A DNA stretch of 63,365 bases, the filler included, from a bacterium (GTDB lineage Bacteria; JADJOY01): assembly GCA_046331705.1 (NCBI GenBank). It is 3 parts of 3 records of this genome, joined end to end, with 100 filler letters (N's around TTAATTAATTAA, not from the genome) between each part and the next. Parts side by side here need not be neighbours in the genome. Positions count along the whole stretch, not along the records: positions 1 to 25,357 come from JAXLQJ010000078.1; 2 more parts are not named here. One strand, 5' to 3'. Of the stretch, positions 1 through 10,455 are shown in pieces. Position numbers and translations under genes: made by a program. The number at the start of each line of letters is the position of its first letter. Position 1 is the first letter of the stretch. The notes beneath the pieces were generated by a model. That model was not told the origin of the DNA. It ran no database searches and saw nothing but the letters and a program-made list of their open reading frames with translations.

Positions 1-1
1 C

Positions 2-997
2 TCGTTCCTGCTCACGCGCGAAGCGCTGCGCGAGTACGTCGCCAAGCTCGCCCCGTCCGGGCTCGTGGCGAGCTTCACCCATCGTGACGTCGATCCGGAG
101 CGGCGGATGCTCGGCCACGTCGAGGCGACCTTTCGCGCCGCCGGGCTCGACGCGTGGAGCGTGGCGGCGAGCGACGGATACGTCGTGCTGGGCACGCGCC
201 CGTCGCAGACGGCGCGCCTGCGTGCCCGCACCACGGAGCTCGCCGGTCGCCTCGCGGACGCGCGCCTCGATCCCGAGCCCCACGGCGCGAGCGCGCGCGC
301 CACGGCCCGCGTTGGCACCGACGACCGGCCGCTCTCTCAGCTCCTCTACGCGATGAGCATCCGCGATCTGCGGGATCGGTTGCGCGCGATCGGAGGCGCG
401 ACCTGCGTCCTCGCCGCGCTCTTCGTGACGGTGTGCGCCGGTGTGGCGTGGCGCGCGCGCTCGGGGTCCGCGACGCCCTGGGGCCGGCTCGCTCTCGCGG
501 GCGTCGTGGTCGGGCTCAACTTCGCGTTGCTCGAGATCTACGTGGTCGGGCTCGCCAATCGATCCAGCCACGAGATCTTCCTCAGCACGCTGGCGGCCAG
601 CGTTGGGTTCCTGGCGCTGGCGGGCCTGGGCGGGCTCGCGGCGCACGGCGGCGCGCGCCGTGGCGCGCGGGCGGTCGGGCTGGCGGGCGCTGGGGTGACG
701 CTCGCCTGCGGGGCCAGCGGCGCCGTGGGCCCGGCGTTCGCGGGCTGTGCCGCGATGACGCTCGCGACCGGCACGCTCTTTCCGTCGCTCATGCGAGCCG
801 ATGCGCGCCATCTGGTGGTGCTCTTCGTCGCCGATGCGCTGGGGGCGGCGATCGCTGCCGTGCTGGGAGTCCTCGGCCCGCCGCTTTGGGGTGTGACGTT
901 CACCGGGTGGCTCGCCGTGGCGGGCTTCGGTGCGGCGCTGGGTGCGTGCGCGCTCTTCGCGTGGCGCGCGCCGGCGCTCGGCACCGCGGCGCGCTGA
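2..997 (+). CDS. Spermidine synthase-like / SAM-methyltransferase membrane protein, C-terminal part (5' truncated by window)
   Basis: Frame open from base 2: FLLTREALREYVAKLAPSG resembles the 'YTxEAFxxYxxHLxPxG' segment; TDDRP motif followed by several TM helices (GLNFALLEI...). Confidence 0.6.
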   Translation, partial: SFLLTREALREYVAKLAPSGLVASFTHRDVDPERRMLGHVEATFRAAGLDAWSVAASDGYVVLGTRPSQTARLRARTTELAGRLADARLDPEPHGASARATARVGTDDRPLSQLLYAMSIRDLRDRLRAIGGATCVLAALFVTVCAGVAWRARSGSATPWGRLALAGVVVGLNFALLEIYVVGLANRSSHEIFLSTLAASVGFLALAGLGGLAAHGGARRGARAVGLAGAGVTLACGASGAVGPAFAGCAAMTLATGTLFPSLMRADARHLVVLFVADALGAAIAAVLGVLGPPLWGVTFTGWLAVAGFGAALGACALFAWRAPALGTAAR

Positions 998-1060
998 CGG
1001 GAGCGAGGCGGGGCCGCTCGACGCAGCCGCCGCAGCTCTCGGCGGCTCGGCGGCCGGGCG

Positions 1061-2389
1061 TCAGCGAGTCGCGCTCGAGCGAACGCCGGTGATGCGGTCG
1101 ATGGCGAGCCGCACGCGGGGATCGAGACTCGATCTGGCGCGTACCCGTTTCAGCGTCTCGAACGCTTCGGGGTGATTCGCGTTGAGTAGCGCCATCACCG
1201 CGACGATCTCGACCTCGGGCCTTCCCTGGTCGAACACGCCCTCGATCTCGCGTACGGCCCGCGCGGTGCCGGTTTGCGCTAGTGCCTCGAGGGCGCGCGA
1301 CGCGGCCCGGTCGCGGCCGGTGCGGGCGACCGTTCCGAGGCTCGCGAAGGCGGCGTCTGCTTGCGACTCCTCGCGCACGAGCGTCGCCAGCGCGGAGACG
1401 GCCGCCACGGCCACCTCGTCGCTCGGGTCCTGGGTCGCGCCGGCGGTGAGGTAGGGCAGGGCCTCGGCACCGCCCAATCGAGCCGCCAGCGCCATGAGCG
1501 CGCCTCTCGTGCCTTCGTCGGCGTCCTCGCGCCACGCGGCGAGGGCGGCAAGCGCACGCGCGTGGTTGGTCGCCGAGTCGTCCGCCAGCGCCGCCAGTGA
1601 GCCGACCAGCGCAGGTCGAAGCGCTGGGTTGGCCGTGCCGGCATCGACGAGCGCCGTTGCGAGCCCCTCCACGTGCACGCGGCCCAGCTGTCCGATCACG
1701 AACGCTTGCGACGTGCGGTCCTCGCTGGTGTCGCCGAGCCAACGCGCCAATCGCTGCGCCCGCGCCTCGTCGAGCCAGCGGCCGAGCGTGGGGCTCGCGG
1801 CCAACGTCCGCGCGGCGTCTCCGCGGAGGCTCGTCGGCGTGTCGTGGAGCTGGTCGAGAAGGACGTCGAGCGGCCGCAGCGCCTGCGCGCCGTCGCCGAG
1901 GGCGTCCAGGTAGCGACGCAGGGCCCCGGCGAGCGCTGCACGCTCGTCCTCTCGGATGGGACGAAGCGATTCGGGGCCGGCCGCGAGGCGTGCGCGAGCG
2001 TCTTCGTGCTGCCCTTTCCAGAGGCTCTGGGTGGGGACGTCGCCCAGGAACGCGACGTACGTGGCGCCTTCGGCCAGTCGTCGCGGATCCGAGGGGAATG
2101 CGCGGCGGGTGACGATGCGCAGGTCCGCCGGTGGCGTGCCGCGGATCGTGTCGACGACGTCGGCGCTCGCCACCTCGATTCGATCGGCAGACTCGGTCAC
2201 GCGCGTGATGCGGGCGACGACCGTGAGCGACGACGCGTGCGCCAGATCGAAGGCGCTGGCCGCAGGCGCGGGCAGACCCGCGCGCGCCGCGTGCGGCGGA
2301 AAGAGGGTCAGAAGCGAGGCTGAGGCGAGCGCGCGAGCGAGCCGCCCACGGTGGGCGGCCCGCTTGCGCGGATTCGACGGCGCGCCCAT
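1061..2389 (-). CDS. Exported HEAT/armadillo-repeat protein
   Basis: 442 aa; signal-peptide-like N-terminus, then helical repeats (ALPYL..DPSDEVAVAAVSALATL; RGDAARTLA). Start abuts the upstream stop (TGA ATG). Confidence 0.7.
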   Translation of the reverse strand: MGAPSNPRKRAAHRGRLARALASASLLTLFPPHAARAGLPAPAASAFDLAHASSLTVVARITRVTESADRIEVASADVVDTIRGTPPADLRIVTRRAFPSDPRRLAEGATYVAFLGDVPTQSLWKGQHEDARARLAAGPESLRPIREDERAALAGALRRYLDALGDGAQALRPLDVLLDQLHDTPTSLRGDAARTLAASPTLGRWLDEARAQRLARWLGDTSEDRTSQAFVIGQLGRVHVEGLATALVDAGTANPALRPALVGSLAALADDSATNHARALAALAAWREDADEGTRGALMALAARLGGAEALPYLTAGATQDPSDEVAVAAVSALATLVREESQADAAFASLGTVARTGRDRAASRALEALAQTGTARAVREIEGVFDQGRPEVEIVAVMALLNANHPEAFETLKRVRARSSLDPRVRLAIDRITGVRSSATR

Positions 2390-5300
2390 TCAGCGCGCGG
2401 CGCTCACGGGCGGATCGAAGGTGTCGTTGCCGTTCGCGTCCACGAACAACGGGTTGGTGAACGCCAGCGCCCGCACGCCCGGCTCCGCGGGATCGTTCAC
2501 GAACAGGTCCGCGAGCGTCTGATTCGCATCGATGTTGCTCGGCAGTATCGGGAAGAGCGTGCGCGAGCTGCCGGTGGTGCCCTTCACGATCACCACCACC
2601 CACTTGTCCGTGCTTCCCACGCTGAGTGGCACGGAAACGCTGGCCTCGTTCCGGCTCGATCCGTTCACCGGCACGGACGTGATCGAGAAGTCGGCACCAG
2701 CGTGAAGCGTGAGCGTGGGCGCCACGCGGTACTCGGGTGGGGTGGCGGCGTTGCCGTCGGCGTCGACACCGCTCGGCACCGTGCTCACGTACACCTCGAT
2801 GGTGTCGAAATCGGCCCAGGGTGCCGCTTGCACCTCGACGTGCAGCGTGGCCTGGCCGTCACTGGTGCTGGCGATCCGCGAGGCACCGAGGCCGAGACCG
2901 GCACTCTCGCCCGTGGAGGCCGCCGTGATGCTGGCCGTCACGAACGGGCCGTTCGAGCACACGGATCTGCCGCCGAGGACGCTGGCGGCGATCTCGTCCG
3001 CGTCGATGGAGGCGGGGGCGTCGGTCGAGGATGCCACCCAGTTGCGTGGCTCGCCCACCTGGGTGGTTGCCGCCACGTGCGAGTCCGAATCGCACGTCGC
3101 CGTCTTCACGAGGCCCTGGTTCATCAGGTTGAACCAATCGCCGAGGTTCTGATCCGTCAGCTCGGCGATCTCGCCGTTGCCGCTGCCGATCCAGATCTCC
3201 ATCGCGTCGAAGCCCGGATCGAAGAGGTTGCCGCTCGCCGGGTCCAGCCGGAACGCGGCGGGATCGAACGCGGAGCTGGGCGGCACCGAGCCGGTATCGA
3301 TGCCGAGGGCCTCGAAGGTGCCCATCTGCAGCGAGTTGAGGTGATTGATCTGGACCACGCGCGGACCACTCGGGGGCAGCGCGTGCAGCGCGGCGTAGAT
3401 CTCGCCGGGCGCGCGGCTGTAATGGCCGAGCGCCGGGAAGTCGGTTCCCGGGACCTCGCCACGGCTCCAATCGAAGGCACCCATGTTGCGCGTGCTCGGG
3501 TTCGGAACCAGCGGCCACGGGTTGATGTGGCCGTAATCGCTGGGCGTCACCTCGGCGCCCTTGGCGTAGCCGATCACGCTCGATGCGCCGGCGGCCGCGA
3601 TGGACGGCGTGAGGTCGGAGACGAAGTCGTGGTCGGTGCTGACGAAGAAATCGAGCCCCTCGGCGAGATTCGTGAGGATGCGGTCGGGATCGCTGGCGCC
3701 GGCGTCGTAGCTCGCCTGCTGGTGCTGGTGGAAATCGCTCGACACGAATCCCGTGGTGTCGAGGACGCGCCGCACGGTGGCGCTCACGAGCAGCGGCGAG
3801 CCCGGGGCGACGGTGACCGTCTGCCGGTCGACGTCGTACTCGGGGCCGTGCGAGACCACCACTTGATAGTCGCCCGGCTCGATCGGGAACGCGGCGACGT
3901 GACCGTCCACGCCCGCGAATCGCACCGCCGACACGCCGCGCGGCAGCAAGTCGCCGTCGTTGCGGAAGATGCCGCCGGTCGAGGTGATGAAGCCGAGCAA
4001 GTCGAGATTGGCGGTGGTGGAGGGGCTGGGATCGATTCCCACCACGCTCACCTTGGCGGCGATGGGTGCGTTCGACTCGTCGACGACGCTCACCTCGAGC
4101 GTTCCCGCCGGAGCGAGGTCGTGCTCGTTGTACGCGACCCCGGTGCCGTCGACGGGAACGTTCAACGTGAGCCCCGCGGGCGCCGGGTATCCGTCGGCGT
4201 TCACGACCAAGCTGTACACACCGGCGGGAACGGTGCCGATGTAATGACCGTCCGCGTCGGTCTCGAGACCGGCGACCACCTTCACCGACTGGAAGAGATC
4301 GCCGAGGAGCGTCACCACGCTCACGCGCGCGCCGGCCACGGGCTGGGCGCCGGCGCGCACGAATCCTTCGACGGTGCCGAACGGGATGCCGAGCTGGCGA
4401 TCGCGAACCGAGGAGACCGGCGTCGTGTCGCCGTTTCCGATCACGAACCGACGCGAATAGCTGTTGGTGCCGCCGGCAGGGACCACGAAGTGCGGCGTCG
4501 CGCCGAAGATCAGATCGAAGATGCTCGCATCGTGCAGGAAGATGTTGAGGCCGCTGTTGGAGACCGCGTCGTTGCCGCCCTGCGCGTCCGGGATGTAGCC
4601 GTAGGAGACGCCCGCCATCGTGGGACCGCTCGCGACCCACGCCATGTAGTCGGCGTCGAAGCGCACCAGCATCCCCGATCCCGAGGTCCCGCCGTAGCCC
4701 AGGCCGGGGAAGAAGATCTCGCCCTCGCCGCCGCCGTTGACCCAGTCGCCGATGGGGATGCCGAGATCCGTCGCGCCGTCGTTCTTGATGGTGGTGGTGA
4801 TGCGCACGAAGTTCTCGCCGGGGGCGAGCGAATACTCGGTGGCGATCTCGATCGGCAGGTCGTGGTCGTCGTACTGGGCGGGGAGCGAGAAGAGGCCGCC
4901 GCCCAAGAACACGATCAGCGAGCTCAGGTTCTGGGTGTCGAAGACATCGTCGACCCCTTCGAAGCGCACCACCGCGGGGCTGCCGTCGCTGCCATCGTTC
5001 ACGACGGTGGCGCTGGTGTAGTTGGGCGTGGACTCGACGTTGATGAGCGGGGCGACCACCTCGAAGCTGTCGCGGTCGGGATCGCCGGGGCCGCGCTGGA
5101 GGTCGCCGTCGATGATGTTGCCGCCGTAGACGTGAGCGCCGTACGCCGAGCGCACCGAGCGACCGCCGCCATCGGTGGGCGTCACGTCCTCGATCACCAC
5201 GCGGATCAGGTCGTTGTAGAGGACGTAGTCACCGACGCACCCGCGCGCCTGCGGACCACCCACGAGCAGGCCCGCCGTGGCGGGCGCCGTCCGGGTGGCC

Positions 5301-5662
5301 ATGGCGTGCCCCTGGGCGACCGAGAACTCGGCCACGTCCTTGGCGGTGGCGCTGCCGGCGCCGATCGAGACCACCAGCCGATTGCGGCCCGTGCTGGCGG
5401 CGCCAGGGCCGACGGGAAGCGCCGCGGTGGCGCCGCTCGCGGTCACCGTGAACGCCGCCGTCACGTCGCTGCCATTCAGGACGGCCTGGAAGCTCGTCGC
5501 CGTCGTGCCCGGCTGGAACGACACCTGCACCGGTACGGTGGGCGTCACCACCACTTCTTCCTCGAAGGGAGCGAGGACCGCGATCGGCGGCGTCGTGTTG
5601 CACGCCGCAACCAACGCCGCGAAGCAAATGAAGACGATCGAGACGCGCGCCCGCTGCCGCAT
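2390..5662 (-). CDS. CehA/McbA-family PHP metallohydrolase lipoprotein with carboxypeptidase-regulatory-like domains
   Basis: 1090 aa; lipobox LVAAC; PHP motifs SDFHQH, STDHD, EVT..YGHIN, NH, DSDSH; C-terminal AFTNPLFVD. Confidence 0.8.
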   Translation of the reverse strand: MRQRARVSIVFICFAALVAACNTTPPIAVLAPFEEEVVVTPTVPVQVSFQPGTTATSFQAVLNGSDVTAAFTVTASGATAALPVGPGAASTGRNRLVVSIGAGSATAKDVAEFSVAQGHAMATRTAPATAGLLVGGPQARGCVGDYVLYNDLIRVVIEDVTPTDGGGRSVRSAYGAHVYGGNIIDGDLQRGPGDPDRDSFEVVAPLINVESTPNYTSATVVNDGSDGSPAVVRFEGVDDVFDTQNLSSLIVFLGGGLFSLPAQYDDHDLPIEIATEYSLAPGENFVRITTTIKNDGATDLGIPIGDWVNGGGEGEIFFPGLGYGGTSGSGMLVRFDADYMAWVASGPTMAGVSYGYIPDAQGGNDAVSNSGLNIFLHDASIFDLIFGATPHFVVPAGGTNSYSRRFVIGNGDTTPVSSVRDRQLGIPFGTVEGFVRAGAQPVAGARVSVVTLLGDLFQSVKVVAGLETDADGHYIGTVPAGVYSLVVNADGYPAPAGLTLNVPVDGTGVAYNEHDLAPAGTLEVSVVDESNAPIAAKVSVVGIDPSPSTTANLDLLGFITSTGGIFRNDGDLLPRGVSAVRFAGVDGHVAAFPIEPGDYQVVVSHGPEYDVDRQTVTVAPGSPLLVSATVRRVLDTTGFVSSDFHQHQQASYDAGASDPDRILTNLAEGLDFFVSTDHDFVSDLTPSIAAAGASSVIGYAKGAEVTPSDYGHINPWPLVPNPSTRNMGAFDWSRGEVPGTDFPALGHYSRAPGEIYAALHALPPSGPRVVQINHLNSLQMGTFEALGIDTGSVPPSSAFDPAAFRLDPASGNLFDPGFDAMEIWIGSGNGEIAELTDQNLGDWFNLMNQGLVKTATCDSDSHVAATTQVGEPRNWVASSTDAPASIDADEIAASVLGGRSVCSNGPFVTASITAASTGESAGLGLGASRIASTSDGQATLHVEVQAAPWADFDTIEVYVSTVPSGVDADGNAATPPEYRVAPTLTLHAGADFSITSVPVNGSSRNEASVSVPLSVGSTDKWVVVIVKGTTGSSRTLFPILPSNIDANQTLADLFVNDPAEPGVRALAFTNPLFVDANGNDTFDPPVSAAR

Positions 5663-5810
5663 CGTGGTGCCCCTCGCCGGACGAACCGCTCCGGCATCCG
5701 ATCCACATCGATTGTGAACGAGTCGCCACGCCCCCGTGACGGACGAAAAACGCTACCACCGCCGCGCGCACGCGAGCAATGATTCTTCGCGACGTCTCTT
5801 CGTGATTCTT

Positions 5811-5850
5811 TGCAGATCGTTGTAGATCGTTGCAGATCGTCGCAGCTCGT
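5811..5850. repeat. Four tandem 10-bp direct repeats (TGCAGATCGT consensus) in a divergent intergenic region
   Basis: tgcagatcgt tgtagatcgt tgcagatcgt cgcagctcgt read directly. Confidence 0.8.
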
Positions 5851-5879
5851 CGCGATCGGCGTGTTGCGGCTGAGGCAAC

Positions 5880-7838
5880 GTGACGCGCATGGGAAGCGGA
5901 CTCCGAACGATGATCGATCGGCGACGGAGGGTGCGTTGGCTCGCCTGGATCGGTGGGGTGATCGTTGTCGTGGCGATCGTTGCCGGCATGCGCAATCGCT
6001 CGTCGTCTGTCGCCGCGCGCCGGGAGCGGAGGCCTACGCGAATCGCGCTCGGCCCGACCCCGTCGGACGCGTCCGGATCCATCGAAGCCGCTACCTCGTC
6101 GAAGCGACGCTCCGGCGGCGAGCAGCCGATCGGCGCCGAGACACCCAGGGCATTCAGCGAGATCTTCTTGCGCGCCCAGCCAGGCCTCGGGTCGACCGTG
6201 CGTGGGCGGGTGCGATTTGTCGGCGGGGCACCGCCGTGGCCGCCTGTGAAGATCGACCTTCAGGGCAACGGGATGGCGATCGCCAACGCGGTGCTCGTCG
6301 ACGACGAGCGATTCGAGTTCGCGGACGTCGTCTCCGACGTGCCACTCACGATCGACATCACCGCCTACGGTCGACGCTGGTGGCACCGGAGCTTTCTGCT
6401 GGGGCGCGGCGAACTCGAGGAGATCGACGCGCAGTTGGTGCCCACGGAGCCTGAGCCGCCGGTGGCTCTCGATGGCTCCGTGAGCGATTCGCGCGGTCAC
6501 CCAGTCGCGGCGGCGCGCGTCTCGATTGCGGATGGTGGCGCCACCGAGACGAACTTGGCGGGCCGATTCTCGCTCGTTCGAGAGCAGCGCCAATGCTCGC
6601 TCAGCGTCGCGCATGCGGACCACCCGACGGCTCAGATATGGGTTTGCCCGCCCGCGCAGCAGGATGTGCGGATCTCGATCACGCTCGCGGACAGTCACGC
6701 CATCGAGATCGAGGTCGTGGACGAAACGGGCGCGCCAATGCCGAGTCTCGACGTGAGTTGCACCGCGCGCACCGCTGATGTGCGTGGCGGAGAAGTCGAC
6801 GCGGCTGGCACGACCGGCGAGGATGGCCGCGTCGTCCTCACGCGTCTGGTCGCCGATCGCTGGACTTGCCGAGCGTATCGGCCCGGTTACGACGGGCCCA
6901 CGCCGCAATCGGTTTGGATCGACGCCGACCACCCTGTCGGGCGCGTCCAGCTTCACCTGGCTCGATGGCGGCCGGTCGCAGGTGGTGAGTCGATCCGGGG
7001 CAGGGTAGTCGCGGACGACGGTGAATCCCTGACCGGAGTCCGCGTCACCGCCGAGGCGGGTGGCCACTGGGCCCAGGTGGAGGCCCTCGACGCCACGGGG
7101 CGCTTCGACATTCCGCGTCTGCCGGCCGGTGCATACACCGTCACCGCGCGCGCCGATGACCACACATCCACCACGATCCCCAATGTTTTCACCGGCACGA
7201 CGGAGCTCGCCATCCCGGTGTACCCACCTGGCAGACTGCGATTGCAGGTCGTCGACGCCGATACGGGTGATCCCATCCCTGGAGCGAGCGTCGATGGCTA
7301 TGGGTACACCGATCGCGGCGGCCGATTCCTTTTCGAGTGGCTGCCGCGTGAGCCCGTGAAGCTGCACATCTGGGCAGCGGGGTACGCGGAGAGCTTCGCG
7401 GGGCCGTTCCAAGGCGAGCCTGGCGCGACGGTCGACGGTGGGGTCGTGCGTCTGAGGCGCGGTGGCGTCGTGCGGGGACGTGTCCTGGACCCAGACGGTC
7501 GTCCCCGCGGTGGTCTGTGGGTCTGGGCGTGCCCCGGGAATGTGTCCTTCTACCTGTGCGAACAGCTGATTCACCAGAAGACGTTGACGCGCAAGACAGG
7601 CGAGTTCGTGATCACCGGTCTCACCACCCGGCGCTGGCATATTCGCTCATTCGACGACGACGCCGGCCTTCGTGTCGGAGAACTCGTCGATGTAATCGAC
7701 GGCCGGCAAGCCGAAGCACTGGAGCTCATCCTCGGCCGTTCCGAATGGACGTTCCAGAACCACGAGGACGGCGTGGAATCCGACGGTCACGGCAAGATCG
7801 GTGAATTCCGATCCGAGTGGTTCGAGACGGCGGAATGA
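5880..7838 (+). CDS. Membrane-anchored protein with multiple carboxypeptidase-regulatory-like (prealbumin-fold) domains
   Basis: N-terminal TM; repeated GxVxDxxGxPVxxAxV...TxxxGRF units. Confidence 0.75.
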   Translation: MTRMGSGLRTMIDRRRRVRWLAWIGGVIVVVAIVAGMRNRSSSVAARRERRPTRIALGPTPSDASGSIEAATSSKRRSGGEQPIGAETPRAFSEIFLRAQPGLGSTVRGRVRFVGGAPPWPPVKIDLQGNGMAIANAVLVDDERFEFADVVSDVPLTIDITAYGRRWWHRSFLLGRGELEEIDAQLVPTEPEPPVALDGSVSDSRGHPVAAARVSIADGGATETNLAGRFSLVREQRQCSLSVAHADHPTAQIWVCPPAQQDVRISITLADSHAIEIEVVDETGAPMPSLDVSCTARTADVRGGEVDAAGTTGEDGRVVLTRLVADRWTCRAYRPGYDGPTPQSVWIDADHPVGRVQLHLARWRPVAGGESIRGRVVADDGESLTGVRVTAEAGGHWAQVEALDATGRFDIPRLPAGAYTVTARADDHTSTTIPNVFTGTTELAIPVYPPGRLRLQVVDADTGDPIPGASVDGYGYTDRGGRFLFEWLPREPVKLHIWAAGYAESFAGPFQGEPGATVDGGVVRLRRGGVVRGRVLDPDGRPRGGLWVWACPGNVSFYLCEQLIHQKTLTRKTGEFVITGLTTRRWHIRSFDDDAGLRVGELVDVIDGRQAEALELILGRSEWTFQNHEDGVESDGHGKIGEFRSEWFETAE

Positions 7839-8286
7839 CGGGAGCGCTGTGTCGCTCGTGGATGGGTCATCGAGAATCCTCGGCGCTCCAACCGAGCTTC
7901 TCGATGCGCCCACATTGGAGCGCGCACGATTCCTCCACCGCAAATCTCGGCGGAGACACTGCCGCGCGACGTCGACCGTCTCGGAACCGAACGGAATGTC
8001 CGAGAAGTGAACCGTGGGCGATCCGCACGACGGCGCCGCTTACCTAGCCCGTTGCCCCGTGATTTGTTGTGAGAGTCGCCGACCAGCGCTACCAAGGCCC
8101 GCGGCATCGGGTCTGCAAAGCCTGGTTCGCGGCGTGCCGGCTGACGTCTCCCGAGCCTCACGACCGTTGGTTGCGGGACACCGTACGAAATGCGGGAGCG
8201 CATGAAGTTGCGTCGACGCCGGCCCGAGCGCAGCCGCGTGTAGAAGGTGACGCCGGAGCTCGATCGAGCTCCACTTCTGATGGGAG

Positions 8287-10260
8287 ATGCCGATGGGAAT
8301 CGAATGGTCGCAGCTGCCGCTCGTTCTGGCGGGCCCGATCGTACGGCGTGTGGAGCCGACCCAGGTATCCGTGTGGGTTGCGCTGCAAGAGCGCGCCGAG
8401 GTGACGCTCGATGTCTTCGCCGCGTCGCCCGGCGTGGGAAGCCTGCGGGCGAGTGGGCGGCGTCATACGGTCGAGCTTGCGCCGCGGCTCCATGTCGTTC
8501 TCGTGACTGCGCGTCCGCCCGAAGGCGGCGCACCGCTCGAGTGGGCCGGTTGCTTTCTCTACGACCTCCGGATCCGAACCGCTGCGGGTACGCAGCGCCT
8601 TCAGGACGACGGCGTCCTGACGGTTGGGCCCGAAGGAGATCCATTGCGCCGAGTGGTGCTCCAGGGCATGCCCATGCCGAGCTTCGTGCTTCCGGGAGCG
8701 TCCGCGGAATCGCTTCGGTTCGTTCACGGCTCGTGCCGAAAACCTCACGGCGCCGGCGTCGATGCGCTGCGGACGCTCTCCGATGTCCTCGATGGTTCCA
8801 CTGCGGACCCGTCCTCGCGGCCGGCGGCGTTGTTCATGACCGGCGATCAGATCTATGCAGACGATGTGCACCAGGCGCTGCGCGACGAGATCATCCTGCT
8901 CGCGGACTCCCTTGGTGGCGGAGCGGACCCGGAGCGATCGGCACTCCATGCTTCCGTTGGCGAAGCTTTCGAGCCGGGCCATCGCCGTGGCCAGTTTCTC
9001 CGCGACCATGCCGGTATCACGAGCAGCGAGGCGAAAGGGCATCTCGTCACGCTGCGCGAGTTCTACGCGATGTACCTGACGGTGTGGTCGGATGTGTTCT
9101 GGCCCGGCGTAGACGGGACTCACGACGAGCTCCGACCGTTCCGGCGGCGGCTCGGCGAGGTCAGGCGAGCCCTCGCCAACATCGCCACCTACACGGTTTT
9201 CGACGACCACGAAGTCACCGACGATTGGTACCTCACGCGCGCCTGGGTGGAGCGCGTCACCGCGACCGACCTCGGCCGCCGAATCATCAGGAACGCTCTG
9301 GTCTCGTACGCGTTGTTTCAGCATTGGGGCACGGATCCCGCGGCCTTCGAGGACGAGCAGCCGGGCGGCGCCTTGCTCCGCGCCGTGAGCGCGTGGGATC
9401 CGAACGATTCGGCCCGCAGCGAGCTAGTCGAGGGCGCGATCTTCGTTCCGAAGGGAGTCGTCACGCCGAACTCGAGCCCGTCCGGCGCACTCAAGTGGCA
9501 TTGGAGTCTCGACTGGCCCGAGGTGTCGGTTGTGGGTCTGGACACGCGCACGCGTCGTGGGTTTCGCGGGAAGTTCGCGCGGCCAGCGCTCATGAACGAC
9601 GCCGCGCTCGATGAGGTTCTCGGGCCGCTCTCGGGTCCAGCCCCCAATTCCACGAAGCGAGTGTCTGTGGTGATCTCGGCTGCACCGGTGCTGGGGTTGC
9701 GCTTCATCGAAGTGGCACAAGATCTGGCGGCGCAGCTACTGAGCGCCAGGACGGTCGATGCCGAGTCGTGGAGCCTCGATGCCGACGCGTTCGCCGGCCT
9801 CCTGGGTCGGCTCGCTCGTCGCCGCCGAGTGATCGTGCTGTCGGGAGACGTGCACTTCGCGTTCGCGGCGGTAGCGCGTCCGCAGGGAGCGAGCGCGGAC
9901 TCGCCAGTCGTCGTCAATTTCACGGCGAGCGGATTTCAGAATCAGAGCTTCGGCGCGGTCGGCTCGCTCGTGCTCCGCCTCGCGGCGGCGCGGCGAGCCA
10001 CGCATGGAGCGAGTGGGCTGCCAACGGCGAACGCGCTGGAGACGAGCAGGGAGCTGGCGATCGATGGCGGTTTTCGCGAGGAGCTGGTCCCGGCCGCAAC
10101 CGACGGCGGCGAGCCCGGTGACTGGGAGGGCGTCGTCGGCAGCGCGAACATCGCCGAGGTCTTGCTCCATGGCGATGATCTGCTGCAACGGCTGTTCTGG
10201 CGCGATGGAGACGGCGCAGCGCGAGTCACGATTCACCGTGTGGCGGGATTCCTCACCTGA
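8287..10260 (+). CDS. PhoD-like (alkaline phosphatase D family) metallophosphoesterase
   Basis: LAGPIVRR, GSCRKPHG, GDQIYADD, FDDHEVTDDW, LDTRT and LSGDVH motifs. Confidence 0.8.
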   Translation: MPMGIEWSQLPLVLAGPIVRRVEPTQVSVWVALQERAEVTLDVFAASPGVGSLRASGRRHTVELAPRLHVVLVTARPPEGGAPLEWAGCFLYDLRIRTAAGTQRLQDDGVLTVGPEGDPLRRVVLQGMPMPSFVLPGASAESLRFVHGSCRKPHGAGVDALRTLSDVLDGSTADPSSRPAALFMTGDQIYADDVHQALRDEIILLADSLGGGADPERSALHASVGEAFEPGHRRGQFLRDHAGITSSEAKGHLVTLREFYAMYLTVWSDVFWPGVDGTHDELRPFRRRLGEVRRALANIATYTVFDDHEVTDDWYLTRAWVERVTATDLGRRIIRNALVSYALFQHWGTDPAAFEDEQPGGALLRAVSAWDPNDSARSELVEGAIFVPKGVVTPNSSPSGALKWHWSLDWPEVSVVGLDTRTRRGFRGKFARPALMNDAALDEVLGPLSGPAPNSTKRVSVVISAAPVLGLRFIEVAQDLAAQLLSARTVDAESWSLDADAFAGLLGRLARRRRVIVLSGDVHFAFAAVARPQGASADSPVVVNFTASGFQNQSFGAVGSLVLRLAAARRATHGASGLPTANALETSRELAIDGGFREELVPAATDGGEPGDWEGVVGSANIAEVLLHGDDLLQRLFWRDGDGAARVTIHRVAGFLT

Positions 10261-10455
10261 CAGGCACGCGGATGCCGTGATCCGCTCGCGCTCCCAGAAG
10301 CAGCGCTGTTTCGCGGTGACATGTTCGCGTGGCCACCACGCGGATGGCGCCCAGCCAGTGGTCGCCTGGCTCGCATCGCCGAACTCGTGTGAAAGGGCAG
10401 TCAGGGGGCACGTCGCGGGAGCCTATCGGAGCGCCGCAGCGATCGAGCACACGCC

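Noticed and set aside
2351-5782. Long antisense or alternate-frame ORFs (1143 aa here; also 43191-46076, 55980-60203, 60125-62395)
   Set aside because: Shadows of real genes caused by stop-codon scarcity at high GC; Arg/Ala/Gly-rich with no motifs.
5811-5850. CRISPR array
   Set aside because: 10-bp units without spacers; no cas genes in the window.
8085-8145. tRNA-Cys-like fragment (GGGT-CTGCAAA-GCCT-GGTTCG)
   Set aside because: No acceptor stem, D-arm or proper T-arm (no GTTCRA, wrong spacing).
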